This document shows, in pieces, positions 18,587-28,460 of a stretch of DNA of 64,000 bases; positions within the stretch are counted from its first letter, which is position 1, and each line of letters begins with the position of its first letter. The notes beneath the pieces were generated by a model. The model had not been told where the DNA came from and made no database searches. It saw nothing but the letters and a program-made list of their open reading frames with translations. The translations under genes were made by a program, and so were the position numbers. Origin of the DNA: a virus. The stretch lies in IMG/VR virus record IMGVR_UViG_3300009703_001822. One strand, given 5' to 3'.

Positions 18587-19621
18587 ATGAAGTTCCATAT
18601 ATTATATAATAATGAAAAGATTATACCAAACATAAGTCAGAACATAAGAAAATGGCCAGTTAGTTATGATATAGATAATGCAGAAGTGGTTCTTACATTT
18701 AAACTTAATACATACTCTGTTACAAAAAAATTTGCTAATCTATGGGAAACTACTCACTCTAATGCACTAAGACAAAATGGAGGTAGACAGTTTGAACAAC
18801 AGCAGCAGGTGTTTACACGACCTACACCTGAAAGAATCATGCGTTCACGAGAATTATATAATAAAACATTACAAGAAATTATTCCTTTTGTAAGTAGACA
18901 AAGTGCAGCAATAATTGTAGGTGGAGATTTAAATGTAGAAATATCTACAAAGCCTTATTTAGAAAAGTTTAATAGGGCTCATGAATTGTTTGAAAAGGAA
19001 TGTGCTAGTGTTATGCCTACAGGTAATAAGTATGAAGGTTCATGGGAAAAATGGCAAATAATACATAGAAATAGATTACAGTTATTGAATTCCATAATAC
19101 ATTTTAATGAAGAAGAAATAAGACCTAATCCTTCGCCTAAATATACAACTATAATATCTACTTCATATAACAGCGATCATATGGGAGACAATAACGATTC
19201 ATTTTTAATGGCAGATCATTTTTATAGGGACATGGTACCTTCAGATTATAGAGCCTTTTCCTTTGGTAAAGCAGTGCCTGGTACTTTATATTTAGACTTT
19301 GCTACTTTAGGTAAATGTTTAACAGAAATAGCAGGTACTAATGATGTAAGATTGTTAAGAACAGAAGGACCTTCTCAACAAAAAACAATATGGCCTTGGG
19401 TAAGATATTCCTGGGAGCCACCTCAACCACTTAGAGTTAAACAATATAATAAATGGATAATAAAAAACAAAGTAGGAAAGATACTAGACTTATCTAACCC
19501 TATGTACAAACCTGGTTTACACCCTTTAGGTGTATGCACATCTCATGATTTTACAAATGCTAAACAATTTGAGGACTTTATACAAGATAGAGCTGTAGTA
19601 GGAACAGTACTAGAAAGGTAA
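18587..19621 (+). CDS. Hypothetical protein, paralogue of 60240-61010
   Basis: Long ORF after CATAAATA; shares LN..IH..E and PG.LY.....GK...EIA motifs with the paralogue. Confidence 0.6.
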   Translation: MKFHILYNNEKIIPNISQNIRKWPVSYDIDNAEVVLTFKLNTYSVTKKFANLWETTHSNALRQNGGRQFEQQQQVFTRPTPERIMRSRELYNKTLQEIIPFVSRQSAAIIVGGDLNVEISTKPYLEKFNRAHELFEKECASVMPTGNKYEGSWEKWQIIHRNRLQLLNSIIHFNEEEIRPNPSPKYTTIISTSYNSDHMGDNNDSFLMADHFYRDMVPSDYRAFSFGKAVPGTLYLDFATLGKCLTEIAGTNDVRLLRTEGPSQQKTIWPWVRYSWEPPQPLRVKQYNKWIIKNKVGKILDLSNPMYKPGLHPLGVCTSHDFTNAKQFEDFIQDRAVVGTVLER

Positions 19622-19652
19622 CATAGAGTTTGATTTTAGGTTCGCCATTTGT

Positions 19653-19660
19653 TATAAATA
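19653..19660 (+). promoter_or_regulatory. T4 late promoter
   Basis: TATAAATA upstream of iscU. Confidence 0.7.
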
Positions 19661-19681
19661 CTAATATAACTCGGAGGATAT

Positions 19682-20116
19682 ATGGCATATAGTAAAAAGG
19701 TAGTAGATAGATTTAATGATGTATTGAATAATCCACAACAGCATGGGGTAGGACGATTTGATCCTAATGACCCTAATGTTGCTACAGGAATGACTGGAGC
19801 ACCAGCATGTGGAGATGTTATGAAACTAGATCTAAAAGTAAATCCTGATACAGATGTTATAGAAGATGTTAAGTTTAAAACATATGGTTGTGGTTCAGCT
19901 ATTGCTAGTTCAACTATGTTCGTTGAAATGCTTAAAGGTATTACAATGAAACAAGCCTTAGAAATTAAGGATAAAGATATAGCAGCAGCACTTGAATTAC
20001 CACCTATTAAGTTACATTGCTCTGTACTAGCAGAAGATAGTATTAAAAGAGCATTGAAAGATTGGGACGAAAAGAAAGCACACCGTGAACACAATGGAGC
20101 GCCAGTTGCAACCTAG
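19682..20116 (+). CDS. iscU: Fe-S cluster scaffold IscU
   Basis: GAPACGDVMKL, FKTYGCGSAIASS, LELPPIKLHCSVLAED. Confidence 0.95.
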   Translation: MAYSKKVVDRFNDVLNNPQQHGVGRFDPNDPNVATGMTGAPACGDVMKLDLKVNPDTDVIEDVKFKTYGCGSAIASSTMFVEMLKGITMKQALEIKDKDIAAALELPPIKLHCSVLAEDSIKRALKDWDEKKAHREHNGAPVAT

Positions 20117-20480
20117 TACTTTTGATCCTAACAATCTTATTGCTACATCGAGACCGCCTTTGGTTGACTTTTCACCTGAGGCTCTCGAACAAGTCTTAGA
20201 TAGGTTAGATAAGAAAGGACACAAAGGAATATTCTTTGGATTAACAGGCGGTGGCTGTGCAGGTTTTTCGTATGTATTTAATTATGCTGATGGACCAAAT
20301 CAGGAAAGTGATATAGAAATAGACTTTGGTAAATTTAAAGTCTGGATGGATGTAATGTCAGAAATGTACTTAACAGGTACGGTTATATCATGGAAAGTAG
20401 AAGGTTTGAATGAGGGTTTTGAATTCGTAAATCCTGCAGAACAATCTGCTTGTGGTTGTGGTGTAAGCGTATCATTTTAG
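20085..20480 (+). CDS. iscA: A-type Fe-S carrier (IscA/ErpA/HesB)
   Basis: GGCAGFSY and NP...CGCG.S motifs. Confidence 0.9.
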   Translation: MNTMERQLQPSTFDPNNLIATSRPPLVDFSPEALEQVLDRLDKKGHKGIFFGLTGGGCAGFSYVFNYADGPNQESDIEIDFGKFKVWMDVMSEMYLTGTVISWKVEGLNEGFEFVNPAEQSACGCGVSVSF

Positions 20481-20489
20481 GAGTATATT

Positions 20490-20648
20490 ATGGCAAAATC
20501 ATGGAGTGGAAAACTCACACATACTGGTGTTAAAAAATCGACATCACAAGGACAAGGCGGTAGAGGAAGAAAAGTAAAAATTTCTACTTCTACGATGAAT
20601 AAAAATAAAAAACGATCGTATAAGAGATATAGAGGACAAGGTAAATGA
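20490..20648 (+). CDS. 52-aa highly basic peptide ending YRGQGK
   Basis: Not in the ORF track. AGGAG RBS; MAKSWSGKLTHTGVKKSTSQGQGGRGRKVKISTSTMNKNKKRSYKRYRGQGK*; ATGA overlap with gp3. Confidence 0.7.
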   Translation: MAKSWSGKLTHTGVKKSTSQGQGGRGRKVKISTSTMNKNKKRSYKRYRGQGK

Positions 20649-21235
20649 CAACAACTAATATTACGAATGTTACAGAAGCATCGTGGAGTAATAATAATCC
20701 TAATGAATTAGATTATTTGCGTCCTAACGCATTTAAATTTCAGATACATAACATTCCTAATACAAGTTATTTTTGTCAAGCAGCAAACATACCTGAAATG
20801 AATTTGCCTCCTGCTATTCAACCCAGTCCTTTAGTTGATATAGGACAACCGGGAGACAAGATAGAGTTTGGTAACTTAATGATACGATTCCTCATACAAG
20901 AGGACATGAAAAATTACAAAGAGTTATATGACTGGGTAGTTGGTTTAGGATTTCCTAAGAACCATAAACAGTTTGCAGACTATGGCCAAACACAGGAATA
21001 TAGATTTCCTGATATAGACCCTCAAAAACAAAAAAGTTTAGCACAATTTAGTGATGCTTCACTTACACTATTAGATTCAAACAATAACCCTAAAATAATA
21101 TTTAGATTTACAGATGCTTTTCCAATTAGTCTACAAGGTTTAGACTTTGAGATATCTACAGGACAAACAGATTATATGATTGGTGTAGCATTCTTTAAAT
21201 ACAGCTATTACGATATAGAAGTTTTAGGTACATAA
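20645..21235 (+). CDS. gp3: Tail tube terminator gp3
   Basis: YFCQAANIP, PGDKIEFG.L.IRFLIQEDM.NY, DAFPISL. Confidence 0.88.
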   Translation: MTTTNITNVTEASWSNNNPNELDYLRPNAFKFQIHNIPNTSYFCQAANIPEMNLPPAIQPSPLVDIGQPGDKIEFGNLMIRFLIQEDMKNYKELYDWVVGLGFPKNHKQFADYGQTQEYRFPDIDPQKQKSLAQFSDASLTLLDSNNNPKIIFRFTDAFPISLQGLDFEISTGQTDYMIGVAFFKYSYYDIEVLGT

Positions 21236-21257
21236 TACCAATTGGTACAATAACCTA

Positions 21258-21286
21258 TTGACTCTTAGTACATAAGAGCCTATAAT
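21258..21286 (+). promoter_or_regulatory. Sigma70-like early/middle promoter
   Basis: TTGACT-17nt(CTTAGTACATAAGAGCC)-TATAAT. Confidence 0.8.
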
Positions 21287-21295
21287 GTGTATATT

Positions 21296-21739
21296 ATGAT
21301 TAGTCTACAAGAATTACAAGAGATGTGGCAAGAAGACTGTAAAGTTGATCAACTCAACTTAGGACAGGAATCTACACGCATACCTGAATTACATTCTAAA
21401 TACTTAAATCATCTAACAACCTTACGACTACAATGTAGAAAGGCACAGAGTGAATTACTAAAGCACAGAAGGTTGAAGTGGAAATATTACAGAGGCGAAC
21501 TAGACCAAAAAGAACTAAATGAATTAGGTTGGGATCAATATTTAGGTAATGCACCACTCAATAATCAGATGAATGACTTCTTAGATACAGACGACGATGT
21601 AATTAAACTTACAGACAAATTAGAATATCTAAATACATGTTTAACATTCGTAGAAAGTTGCATGAAAGCTATTGGAAGTAGGTCTTTCGATATTAAAAAT
21701 GCAATTGAGTGGACAAAGTTTACAAATGGCTCTTATTAA
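21296..21739 (+). CDS. uvsY: Recombination mediator UvsY
   Basis: IPELHSKYL, KWKYYRG, IKNAIEW.KF..G. Confidence 0.9.
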   Translation: MISLQELQEMWQEDCKVDQLNLGQESTRIPELHSKYLNHLTTLRLQCRKAQSELLKHRRLKWKYYRGELDQKELNELGWDQYLGNAPLNNQMNDFLDTDDDVIKLTDKLEYLNTCLTFVESCMKAIGSRSFDIKNAIEWTKFTNGSY

Positions 21740-23198
21740 AATTATTAAGAAAGACGAAGTACATATAAAAGTAGATACAGATCCAAGTACTGCACAAGAA
21801 ATATGTGACTTCTTTACATTTGATGTACCCGGTGCCAGATTTATGCCACTATACAGAAAGAAAGTATGGGACGGCAAAGCAAGATTATTTAATGTGTATA
21901 ATAGAGAGTTATACATAGGACTATTACCGTATTTAAAAGAGTTTGCAGAAACACTTGAATACGATATTGAAGTAAACATGCCTAACATAGGCGAAGAGAT
22001 AGACATTGAACGATTCACTAATGAACTGAGGTTACAAGCTAATGGAAAACCTATCGAAATCCGAGACTATCAGAAACAAGCAGTTACACAGGCAATTACT
22101 ACGGGGAGAACTTTACTCTTATCTCCTACTGCTAGTGGGAAGTCTCTCATTATATACGCTCTTATTCGTTATCACCAACTAAAGGGAAGAAAACAATTAA
22201 TAATAGTTCCTACTACATCATTGGTAGAACAAATGTACGGAGACTTTCAAGACTATTCTACAGCCAATGGTTGGAAGGTACAGGAAAATTGTCATAGGAT
22301 ATATGGTGGCAAAGAAAAAACAAATGAATACCCTATAACAATAAGTACATGGCAATCTATATACAAGTATCCTAAAAAATGGTTTGAACAATTTGATGTT
22401 GTATATGGAGATGAGGCACACTTGTTTAAGGCAAAGTCTTTAACAACATTAATGAACAAACTTGTTGCAACACCTTATAGAGTAGGAACAACAGGCACAT
22501 TAGATGGCACAAAGACACATAGATTAGTATTAGAAGGTGTGTTTGGACAAGTACATAAGGTTACTACAACTAAAAAATTAATGGATGATAAACAACTTGC
22601 CAATCTTAAGATTGTTTGTTGTATGATTAACTGGAAGGACGCACATAGAAAAGAAGTTAAGGGTATGACTTACCAAGAAGAGATTGATTGGATAGTAACA
22701 CACCCAGATCGTAATGAAATTATAAAAAACTTAACTATTGCACAAGAAGGTAATACACTTGTCCTGTTTCAGTATGTGGAAAAGCATGGTGTAGTATTAC
22801 ATGAAATGATAAGTAAGGCAGTAAAAGCAAATAGAAAAGTGTTCTTTGTATATGGAGGCACAGATACAGAGGTTAGAGAAGAAATAAGAGCTATTACAGA
22901 GAAACAAGACGATGCTATTATAATTGCCTCATACGGCACATTTTCCACGGGTATAAATATAAGGAACCTACATAATATTGTTTTCGCCTCACCTAGTAAG
23001 AGTAGAATACGAAACTTACAAAGTATAGGAAGAGGTTTGAGAAAAGGAGACAACAAAGTTGAGTGTAGACTTTTTGATATAGGAGATGATTTATCCTGGA
23101 AGTCTAAAAAGAACTACACAATGAACCATTTAATAGAAAGGATCAAGCTTTATAATGAAGAAGGCTTCAATTATAAACTTGTTAAACTAGATGTCTGA
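21726..23198 (+). CDS. uvsW: SF2 helicase UvsW
   Basis: SPTASGKS, DEAH, STGINI.NLHN, LQSIGRGLR; ATG at 21726. Confidence 0.95.
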   Translation: MALIKIIKKDEVHIKVDTDPSTAQEICDFFTFDVPGARFMPLYRKKVWDGKARLFNVYNRELYIGLLPYLKEFAETLEYDIEVNMPNIGEEIDIERFTNELRLQANGKPIEIRDYQKQAVTQAITTGRTLLLSPTASGKSLIIYALIRYHQLKGRKQLIIVPTTSLVEQMYGDFQDYSTANGWKVQENCHRIYGGKEKTNEYPITISTWQSIYKYPKKWFEQFDVVYGDEAHLFKAKSLTTLMNKLVATPYRVGTTGTLDGTKTHRLVLEGVFGQVHKVTTTKKLMDDKQLANLKIVCCMINWKDAHRKEVKGMTYQEEIDWIVTHPDRNEIIKNLTIAQEGNTLVLFQYVEKHGVVLHEMISKAVKANRKVFFVYGGTDTEVREEIRAITEKQDDAIIIASYGTFSTGINIRNLHNIVFASPSKSRIRNLQSIGRGLRKGDNKVECRLFDIGDDLSWKSKKNYTMNHLIERIKLYNEEGFNYKLVKLDV

Positions 23199-23583
23199 AC
23201 AAATATCAATATTAAAACTTAAGGACGGAAGTACAATAGTAGGGAAGGTGAAAACTTCTGGAGATATAGTAGAAATAGAACATCCAATAGAATTGGTATC
23301 TAATGTAATGCCTTTGAGCGGAGTATTAGGAGAACAAATTAATTTAAGACCTTGGGTGGCTATATCTGAGGAAACAACATTCACAATTGAAAGGTATAAT
23401 GTTATTACAATAGCAACCTTACAGGAGAATTTTAGAGAAGGGTATGGTAGAATGGTGGAAACAATTTATCTTAATCCTCCAGATTGGGACGGTCCAATGA
23501 CAGAGGAAGAGATACAAGCATCAGAAGATATTGATACCCTAGCAGAGCTTGCCGAAGCTATGCTAAAGAACAAAATACATTAG
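23191..23583 (+). CDS. Conserved T4-like hypothetical protein (Sm-like fold)
   Basis: ILKLKDG..IVG N-terminus; conserved position between uvsW and gp55. Confidence 0.55.
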   Translation: MSEQISILKLKDGSTIVGKVKTSGDIVEIEHPIELVSNVMPLSGVLGEQINLRPWVAISEETTFTIERYNVITIATLQENFREGYGRMVETIYLNPPDWDGPMTEEEIQASEDIDTLAELAEAMLKNKIH

Positions 23584-23592
23584 GAGTATATT

Positions 23593-24198
23593 ATGGCAAA
23601 AAGACGTGACCCAAATTCGGCTCACTATATAAACAACAAGGAGTTCCTTGTGGCAATGACTGAATATAGGGAGTTAAGATTAGAAGCAGAAGAGAGTGGT
23701 GAGGATAGACCACGAGTAACCAACTATATAGGAGAGTGCTTTGTTAAAATAGCAAATCACTTAGCTTATAAATCCAATTTCGTAAATTATACATTTAGAG
23801 ATGAAATGATTTTAGACGGTATTGAAAATTGTCTTACATATATGGACAACTTTGATCCAGCAAAATCTAAAAATCCATTTGCATACTTTACACAAATTAC
23901 ATACTACGCATTCATTAGGCGTATTCAAAAAGAAAAAAGACAAATGGAGACTAAGTTCAAATATATTAAGAGCTTAGACATAGATCAAATTTTGGAACAG
24001 AGTGCAGACGGAAGTGAACACTCTAATGATTACCTTAGTTATATGAGAGGTATCATTGAACAGGCAGAGGCAGATAACGCAGCTGCTGATAAAGCTAATG
24101 AAGGTAAGAAAGTTCATAAGCGTAGACCAAAATACTTAGACGAAAAAATTAAGGCAGAAGAGGCAGAAAAGGCCAAAAAAGGTAAACAAGACTCTTGA
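23593..24198 (+). CDS. gp55: Late-transcription sigma factor gp55
   Basis: HYINNKEF, NFVNYTFRDEMILDGIEN, NPFAYFTQI.YYAF.RRI.KEK. Confidence 0.95.
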   Translation: MAKRRDPNSAHYINNKEFLVAMTEYRELRLEAEESGEDRPRVTNYIGECFVKIANHLAYKSNFVNYTFRDEMILDGIENCLTYMDNFDPAKSKNPFAYFTQITYYAFIRRIQKEKRQMETKFKYIKSLDIDQILEQSADGSEHSNDYLSYMRGIIEQAEADNAAADKANEGKKVHKRRPKYLDEKIKAEEAEKAKKGKQDS

Positions 24199-24224
24199 TA
24201 ATAGGTTCAGGTATCATATATAAT
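24195..24224 (+). promoter_or_regulatory. Possible sigma70-like promoter for the deazaguanine cluster
   Basis: TTGATA-18nt-TATAAT, ending 8 nt before the queE ATG. Confidence 0.5.
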
Positions 24225-24232
24225 ATCACACT

Positions 24233-25114
24233 ATGGCAAAGTTAAGATATAGCGAAGCATTTTATAGCGTACAAGGTGAGGGTAGATTCGTAGGTGTTCC
24301 TAGTGTCTTCCTAAGAGTCTTTGGTTGCAATTTTGAATGTAGAGGTTTTGGACAGGAACGAGGCAATATTATTCCTGTAGAAGAAATGCCCTATATGACA
24401 GACGAGCGTGCTGAAAAAACACATGAACTGGCATACAAATCCATAGAAGAACTTCCTGTTACACCTATTGGGTGTGATAGTTCTGCCTCATGGGCTATGA
24501 AATACAAACATCTACAACTAACAAAGACAACAGACGAGGTGTTTGAACATATTGTAAGTTTACTTCCTAATGGTAAATTTAATGAGAGTGAAGACATACA
24601 TCTTGTTATTACAGGTGGTGAACCTTTACTAGGTTGGCAAAGAGTATGGCCTGAATTATTAGAAATGTGTAAAGAAATAGGTTTGAAAAATGTAACCTAT
24701 GAAACAAATGGCACACAGAATTTACAACAACAATTTATTGACTACCTAAATGGAGATGGTAAAGACATACATATTACATGGTCCACATCTCCTAAATTAT
24801 CTATCTCAGGTGAAGAACAATTTGACGCACTTATACCTGAGGCACTATTAGATATGAATATGGTAAGCAATAGTCATCTATATAATAAATTTGTCGTCAG
24901 AGATATAGAAGACTTTAAAGAAGTAGATATCTTCGTGGAGGCTTACAAAGAGGCAGGTGTAAAACTAGATGCCATTTATTGTATGCCTGAAGGAGCTACA
25001 TTAGAACAACAACATTTGACGGCAAAAGGTGTTGCAGACGCTTGTATGCAGACAGGTTACAAGTATAGCCCTAGATTACATATAGATTTGTTTGGCAATG
25101 CCTGGGGAACTTAA
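24233..25114 (+). CDS. queE: 7-carboxy-7-deazaguanine synthase (radical SAM)
   Basis: E.FYSVQGEG...VFLR..GCN, TGGEP, ETNG, SPK, SPRLH. Confidence 0.92.
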   Translation: MAKLRYSEAFYSVQGEGRFVGVPSVFLRVFGCNFECRGFGQERGNIIPVEEMPYMTDERAEKTHELAYKSIEELPVTPIGCDSSASWAMKYKHLQLTKTTDEVFEHIVSLLPNGKFNESEDIHLVITGGEPLLGWQRVWPELLEMCKEIGLKNVTYETNGTQNLQQQFIDYLNGDGKDIHITWSTSPKLSISGEEQFDALIPEALLDMNMVSNSHLYNKFVVRDIEDFKEVDIFVEAYKEAGVKLDAIYCMPEGATLEQQHLTAKGVADACMQTGYKYSPRLHIDLFGNAWGT

Positions 25115-25116
25115 TT

Positions 25117-25317
25117 ATGAAATGGTGGAAAATACTATGGCAACAAAATCCTGAAAAGGATATTGATACATACAAAGAACCTGATCCAGATGAAGTAACA
25201 ATAGACAATGCTTACAAGACAAGATGGATTTGGTATCATACTATATTAGCAGTAGAATTATTATTGGTTGTTATTATACAACTTTGTATATTACTATTAT
25301 TGGCGGTAAAACTTTGA
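25117..25317 (+). CDS. Small membrane protein
   Basis: C-terminal hydrophobic helix. Confidence 0.5.
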   Translation: MKWWKILWQQNPEKDIDTYKEPDPDEVTIDNAYKTRWIWYHTILAVELLLVVIIQLCILLLLAVKL

Positions 25318-25568
25318 GTGTCAATTTAGTAAAATTAAATAATGGAGAACTCGTGTACGGTGAGAAAGAGGAAATAAAAGAATACTGTGAACAAAAGGAA
25401 ACAGATGTAGAAACTTGGTATAACTATGTTGCTCCTAGTACGGTACAATCTCATTTCACATACATAGGTAAAAGAATGTGTGATCCTTATTCAATAGCAA
25501 GACCTATTTACCAAAGAGATGAGAATGGAGAGTATGTAGGTCTTACGGAGTTTAAAGAAAAATGGTAG
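25314..25568 (+). CDS. Hypothetical protein
   Basis: Probable TTG start overlapping the upstream stop; fills the operon gap. Confidence 0.45.
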   Translation: MSVNLVKLNNGELVYGEKEEIKEYCEQKETDVETWYNYVAPSTVQSHFTYIGKRMCDPYSIARPIYQRDENGEYVGLTEFKEKW

Positions 25569-25987
25569 GTGACGCAATAAAACTTTATGTATCATGGGAT
25601 GATGTTAATGCCATGGTCTTCAAATTATACAAACAATTAAAGAATGAGAACATAGACAAAGTGGTAGGTATATCACGAGGTGGATTGATACCAGGTGTTA
25701 TGCTTTCTCATTGGCTAGATGCTGGCTTTGAACCTCTTGAATGGCAAACCAGAGATGGAGAGTTTCAGGATAAGATTAAAGCTAACGGGTTCAACAAAAA
25801 TTTAAGAGGCACCATTTTTGTTGATGATATTTGTGATAGTGCCTTAACAATTAATCAGATCAAGGAAATTATTCCAAAGAGCCGGTGGGCTGTATTACAC
25901 CAAAAAGCTGATATAGAGCTTGACTTTGTAGCCGAAAGACTGCATAATAACGACAAAAGATGGATAATTTACCCTTGGGAGGAGTAA
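25562..25987 (+). CDS. Type I phosphoribosyltransferase (Gpt-like)
   Basis: GISRGG, IFVDDICDS PRPP motif, WIIYPWE. Confidence 0.85.
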   Translation: MVGDAIKLYVSWDDVNAMVFKLYKQLKNENIDKVVGISRGGLIPGVMLSHWLDAGFEPLEWQTRDGEFQDKIKANGFNKNLRGTIFVDDICDSALTINQIKEIIPKSRWAVLHQKADIELDFVAERLHNNDKRWIIYPWEE

Positions 25988-26005
25988 TCTCATACAGGAG
26001 AAAAT

Positions 26006-26686
26006 ATGATTAGTAAAGAGATAATAGCAAGACTAAAGGACAAAGGCAAACGCTTTTATGCTGGTGATAATATATCAGAAGTCCTAGAGCCTGGCGACAA
26101 GGAGAAACTAATTGACGAACTACAAGGCAAGTTCTATGAAGTTCTAAAGTCATTAGTTATTGATACAGAAAACGATCCTAACAGTATGGACACACCTAGG
26201 CGATTAGCAAAGATGTATGTTAATGAAATTATGTCAGGTAGGTATAACACTATGCCTAACCCTAATGCTTTTCCTAATTATGTGGAAGGCGGATATGAAG
26301 GCATGTTGGTAGTGAGAAGTGAATTAAAAAGTATGTGTTCACATCATCATCAACCTGTTACAGGTATTGCATACATAGGAATAATTGCTGGTGATAAACT
26401 ATTAGGTTTATCTAAATACACAAGGATAGCACAATGGTGTGCTAGACGAGGTACATTACAAGAAGAACTTAATGTAATGATAGCAGATGAAATCCAGAGG
26501 CAATGTGAAACAGAACATGTAGGAGTCTATATACAGGCAACACATGGTTGTTGCGAGAATAGAGGCATAATGGCTAACAGTTCTTTAACACAGACTACTG
26601 TTTTACGAGGTGGTTTTAAGAAAGAAGACTTGAAGAAAGAATTCTTTGATAATATAACACAACAACAAATGGTATCACCTAGATAA
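26006..26686 (+). CDS. folE: GTP cyclohydrolase I
   Basis: TPRRLAKMY, SMCSHH, GLSKY.R, LQEE, HGC...RG. Confidence 0.95.
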   Translation: MISKEIIARLKDKGKRFYAGDNISEVLEPGDKEKLIDELQGKFYEVLKSLVIDTENDPNSMDTPRRLAKMYVNEIMSGRYNTMPNPNAFPNYVEGGYEGMLVVRSELKSMCSHHHQPVTGIAYIGIIAGDKLLGLSKYTRIAQWCARRGTLQEELNVMIADEIQRQCETEHVGVYIQATHGCCENRGIMANSSLTQTTVLRGGFKKEDLKKEFFDNITQQQMVSPR

Positions 26687-27195
26687 TGGATATTAATAGT
26701 AAACATATAGTAGTAGATTTAGAAACTTTAAGTACACATTCTAATGCGTGTATAGTTTCTATTGGAGCGTGTCTTGTAGAAAATTTAGAAATTACAGACA
26801 CATTTTATATTAATGTAAACGGAGTCGAAGGACGACAGGCAGGATTACATGTTGAAACGGAAACGATTAAGTGGTGGGAAGAACAACCTAAAGAGGCAAG
26901 AGAGGCATGGCAACGAGATCCACAACCTCTCAAAGATTCTTTGGAGTCTTTCAGTAAGTATTATGGCATTGATTCTATTCCTATTTGGGGTTATGGCGCT
27001 AACTTTGATGTAGTCATATTAGAAAATGCTTACAGAGCTATGGGTATGCAAATACCTTGGAAGTTCTGGGACATATACTGTTTAAGAACTCTAATGAATG
27101 TATTAGATAGGAGACTCCCTAAGGCAAATAATCATAATGCTTTGGACGATGCAACAGCCCAAGCAAATATGTTAATTGAAATATTGAAAACATGA
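26686..27195 (+). CDS. DEDDh 3'-5' exonuclease (DexA/DUF5051-like)
   Basis: VDLETL, W..GANFD..IL, HNALDDA. Confidence 0.85.
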   Translation: MDINSKHIVVDLETLSTHSNACIVSIGACLVENLEITDTFYINVNGVEGRQAGLHVETETIKWWEEQPKEAREAWQRDPQPLKDSLESFSKYYGIDSIPIWGYGANFDVVILENAYRAMGMQIPWKFWDIYCLRTLMNVLDRRLPKANNHNALDDATAQANMLIEILKT

Positions 27196-28460
27196 GTAGA
27201 CAATTAGATTATGTAGTTTCAGGCACTTCCTATATGAGGTTTAGTAACCCTGGGATTGCTAAGGACGAAACAAATTCACAGATTATTAATATGTTACTAG
27301 ATAAATTGGTAACAGGCGTGCATTCACACAAATTTTCTATGCTATACAACGGACATACAGAGTCTAGTTTTGGAGAAAGATTCCTAGCATATAAAGATCA
27401 TGTACATAGTATCCATGCAGACTCAGGTGGCTTACAAATTGTTACACAAGGTATGACTATTACTGATGAACTCAAAGATAAAGTATATGAGAACCAAGCA
27501 GAGTGGGCAGATGTAGGTATGTGTTTTGATGAGATACCTGTAATACTTACAGGCGATAGATCAGACAGAAACGATACTAAACAAAGGTTCTTTGACTTTG
27601 AAAACTACGAAGAGCTAGCTAGGAAAACAGGTCGTAATATAAAACGACAACTAGAAGTATTTGATAGTAAGGAAAGCACTTGCAAACCTTATATTATTCT
27701 ACAAGGTAATTGTGTAGACACATATTTAAGATGGTATGAACTATTGTTAGAACAGATACCTGCAGAGTGGCATGATAGAATAGGTGGTGTGGCAATGGGA
27801 GCAGCAGCACTAGGTACAGGTCCTTTAGAAGATGTAAAAAGAGCTTTTATTGCTAGTGAAATTGCTAAGTTCTGGCCACAAGATAAAATGCACTTACATG
27901 TATTAGGTGTAGGTAGTATTAGGCGTATAATTCCTTATCTAGTCTTTTGTCAGAACGGTTTATATGATAATGTAGATATATCATATGACTCTACAACTCA
28001 TAGTAGGGCGGTTGAGACAGGGTTATATTACATGGGACAAGGCACAACTAAGTTCAGTAGAAAAATGTCCAATTTGTATCGAGAAATGTACGATAATGTG
28101 CAGGAAACTGTCCAATTGGGAGTAGATTTAGACGAATTTCACACTATTATGAACACACCTAGCATGAAGGCAAAAGAGAAATATGGCAACTTGAACAAGT
28201 GGATATATGTTAGAACAGCATTTATCCTTATGTCCATACAAAACTTTATGAAACACCTAGAAACTATGATGTTAGATGAAGAAGCACTAATTAAATTTAC
28301 GGGTAAGATGAAACTTGACGGACAGTTCAGGAACCTCTATAATGTACGCAATAAAGATGATTTTAACTATTGGGAGAACAACCAATACTTAGGTGGAGCA
28401 ATGAAATCTATGGCAGTAGGTAGTGAACCACCAGCAAGTTTAGAGGATTTATTTACATGA
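27192..28460 (+). CDS. dpdA: DNA guanine transglycosylase (DpdA-like, TGT fold)
   Basis: ADSGG.Q, FDEIP, LQG, HLHVLG, SYDST TGT-family motifs; located in a folE/queD/queE cluster. Confidence 0.75.
   Translation: MSRQLDYVVSGTSYMRFSNPGIAKDETNSQIINMLLDKLVTGVHSHKFSMLYNGHTESSFGERFLAYKDHVHSIHADSGGLQIVTQGMTITDELKDKVYENQAEWADVGMCFDEIPVILTGDRSDRNDTKQRFFDFENYEELARKTGRNIKRQLEVFDSKESTCKPYIILQGNCVDTYLRWYELLLEQIPAEWHDRIGGVAMGAAALGTGPLEDVKRAFIASEIAKFWPQDKMHLHVLGVGSIRRIIPYLVFCQNGLYDNVDISYDSTTHSRAVETGLYYMGQGTTKFSRKMSNLYREMYDNVQETVQLGVDLDEFHTIMNTPSMKAKEKYGNLNKWIYVRTAFILMSIQNFMKHLETMMLDEEALIKFTGKMKLDGQFRNLYNVRNKDDFNYWENNQYLGGAMKSMAVGSEPPASLEDLFT

Noticed and set aside
27192-28460. tRNA-acting Tgt for queuosine
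   Set aside because: No evident Tgt zinc-binding Cys motif, no queA/queF/queG, and the phage context favours a DNA-acting DpdA; not fully excluded.
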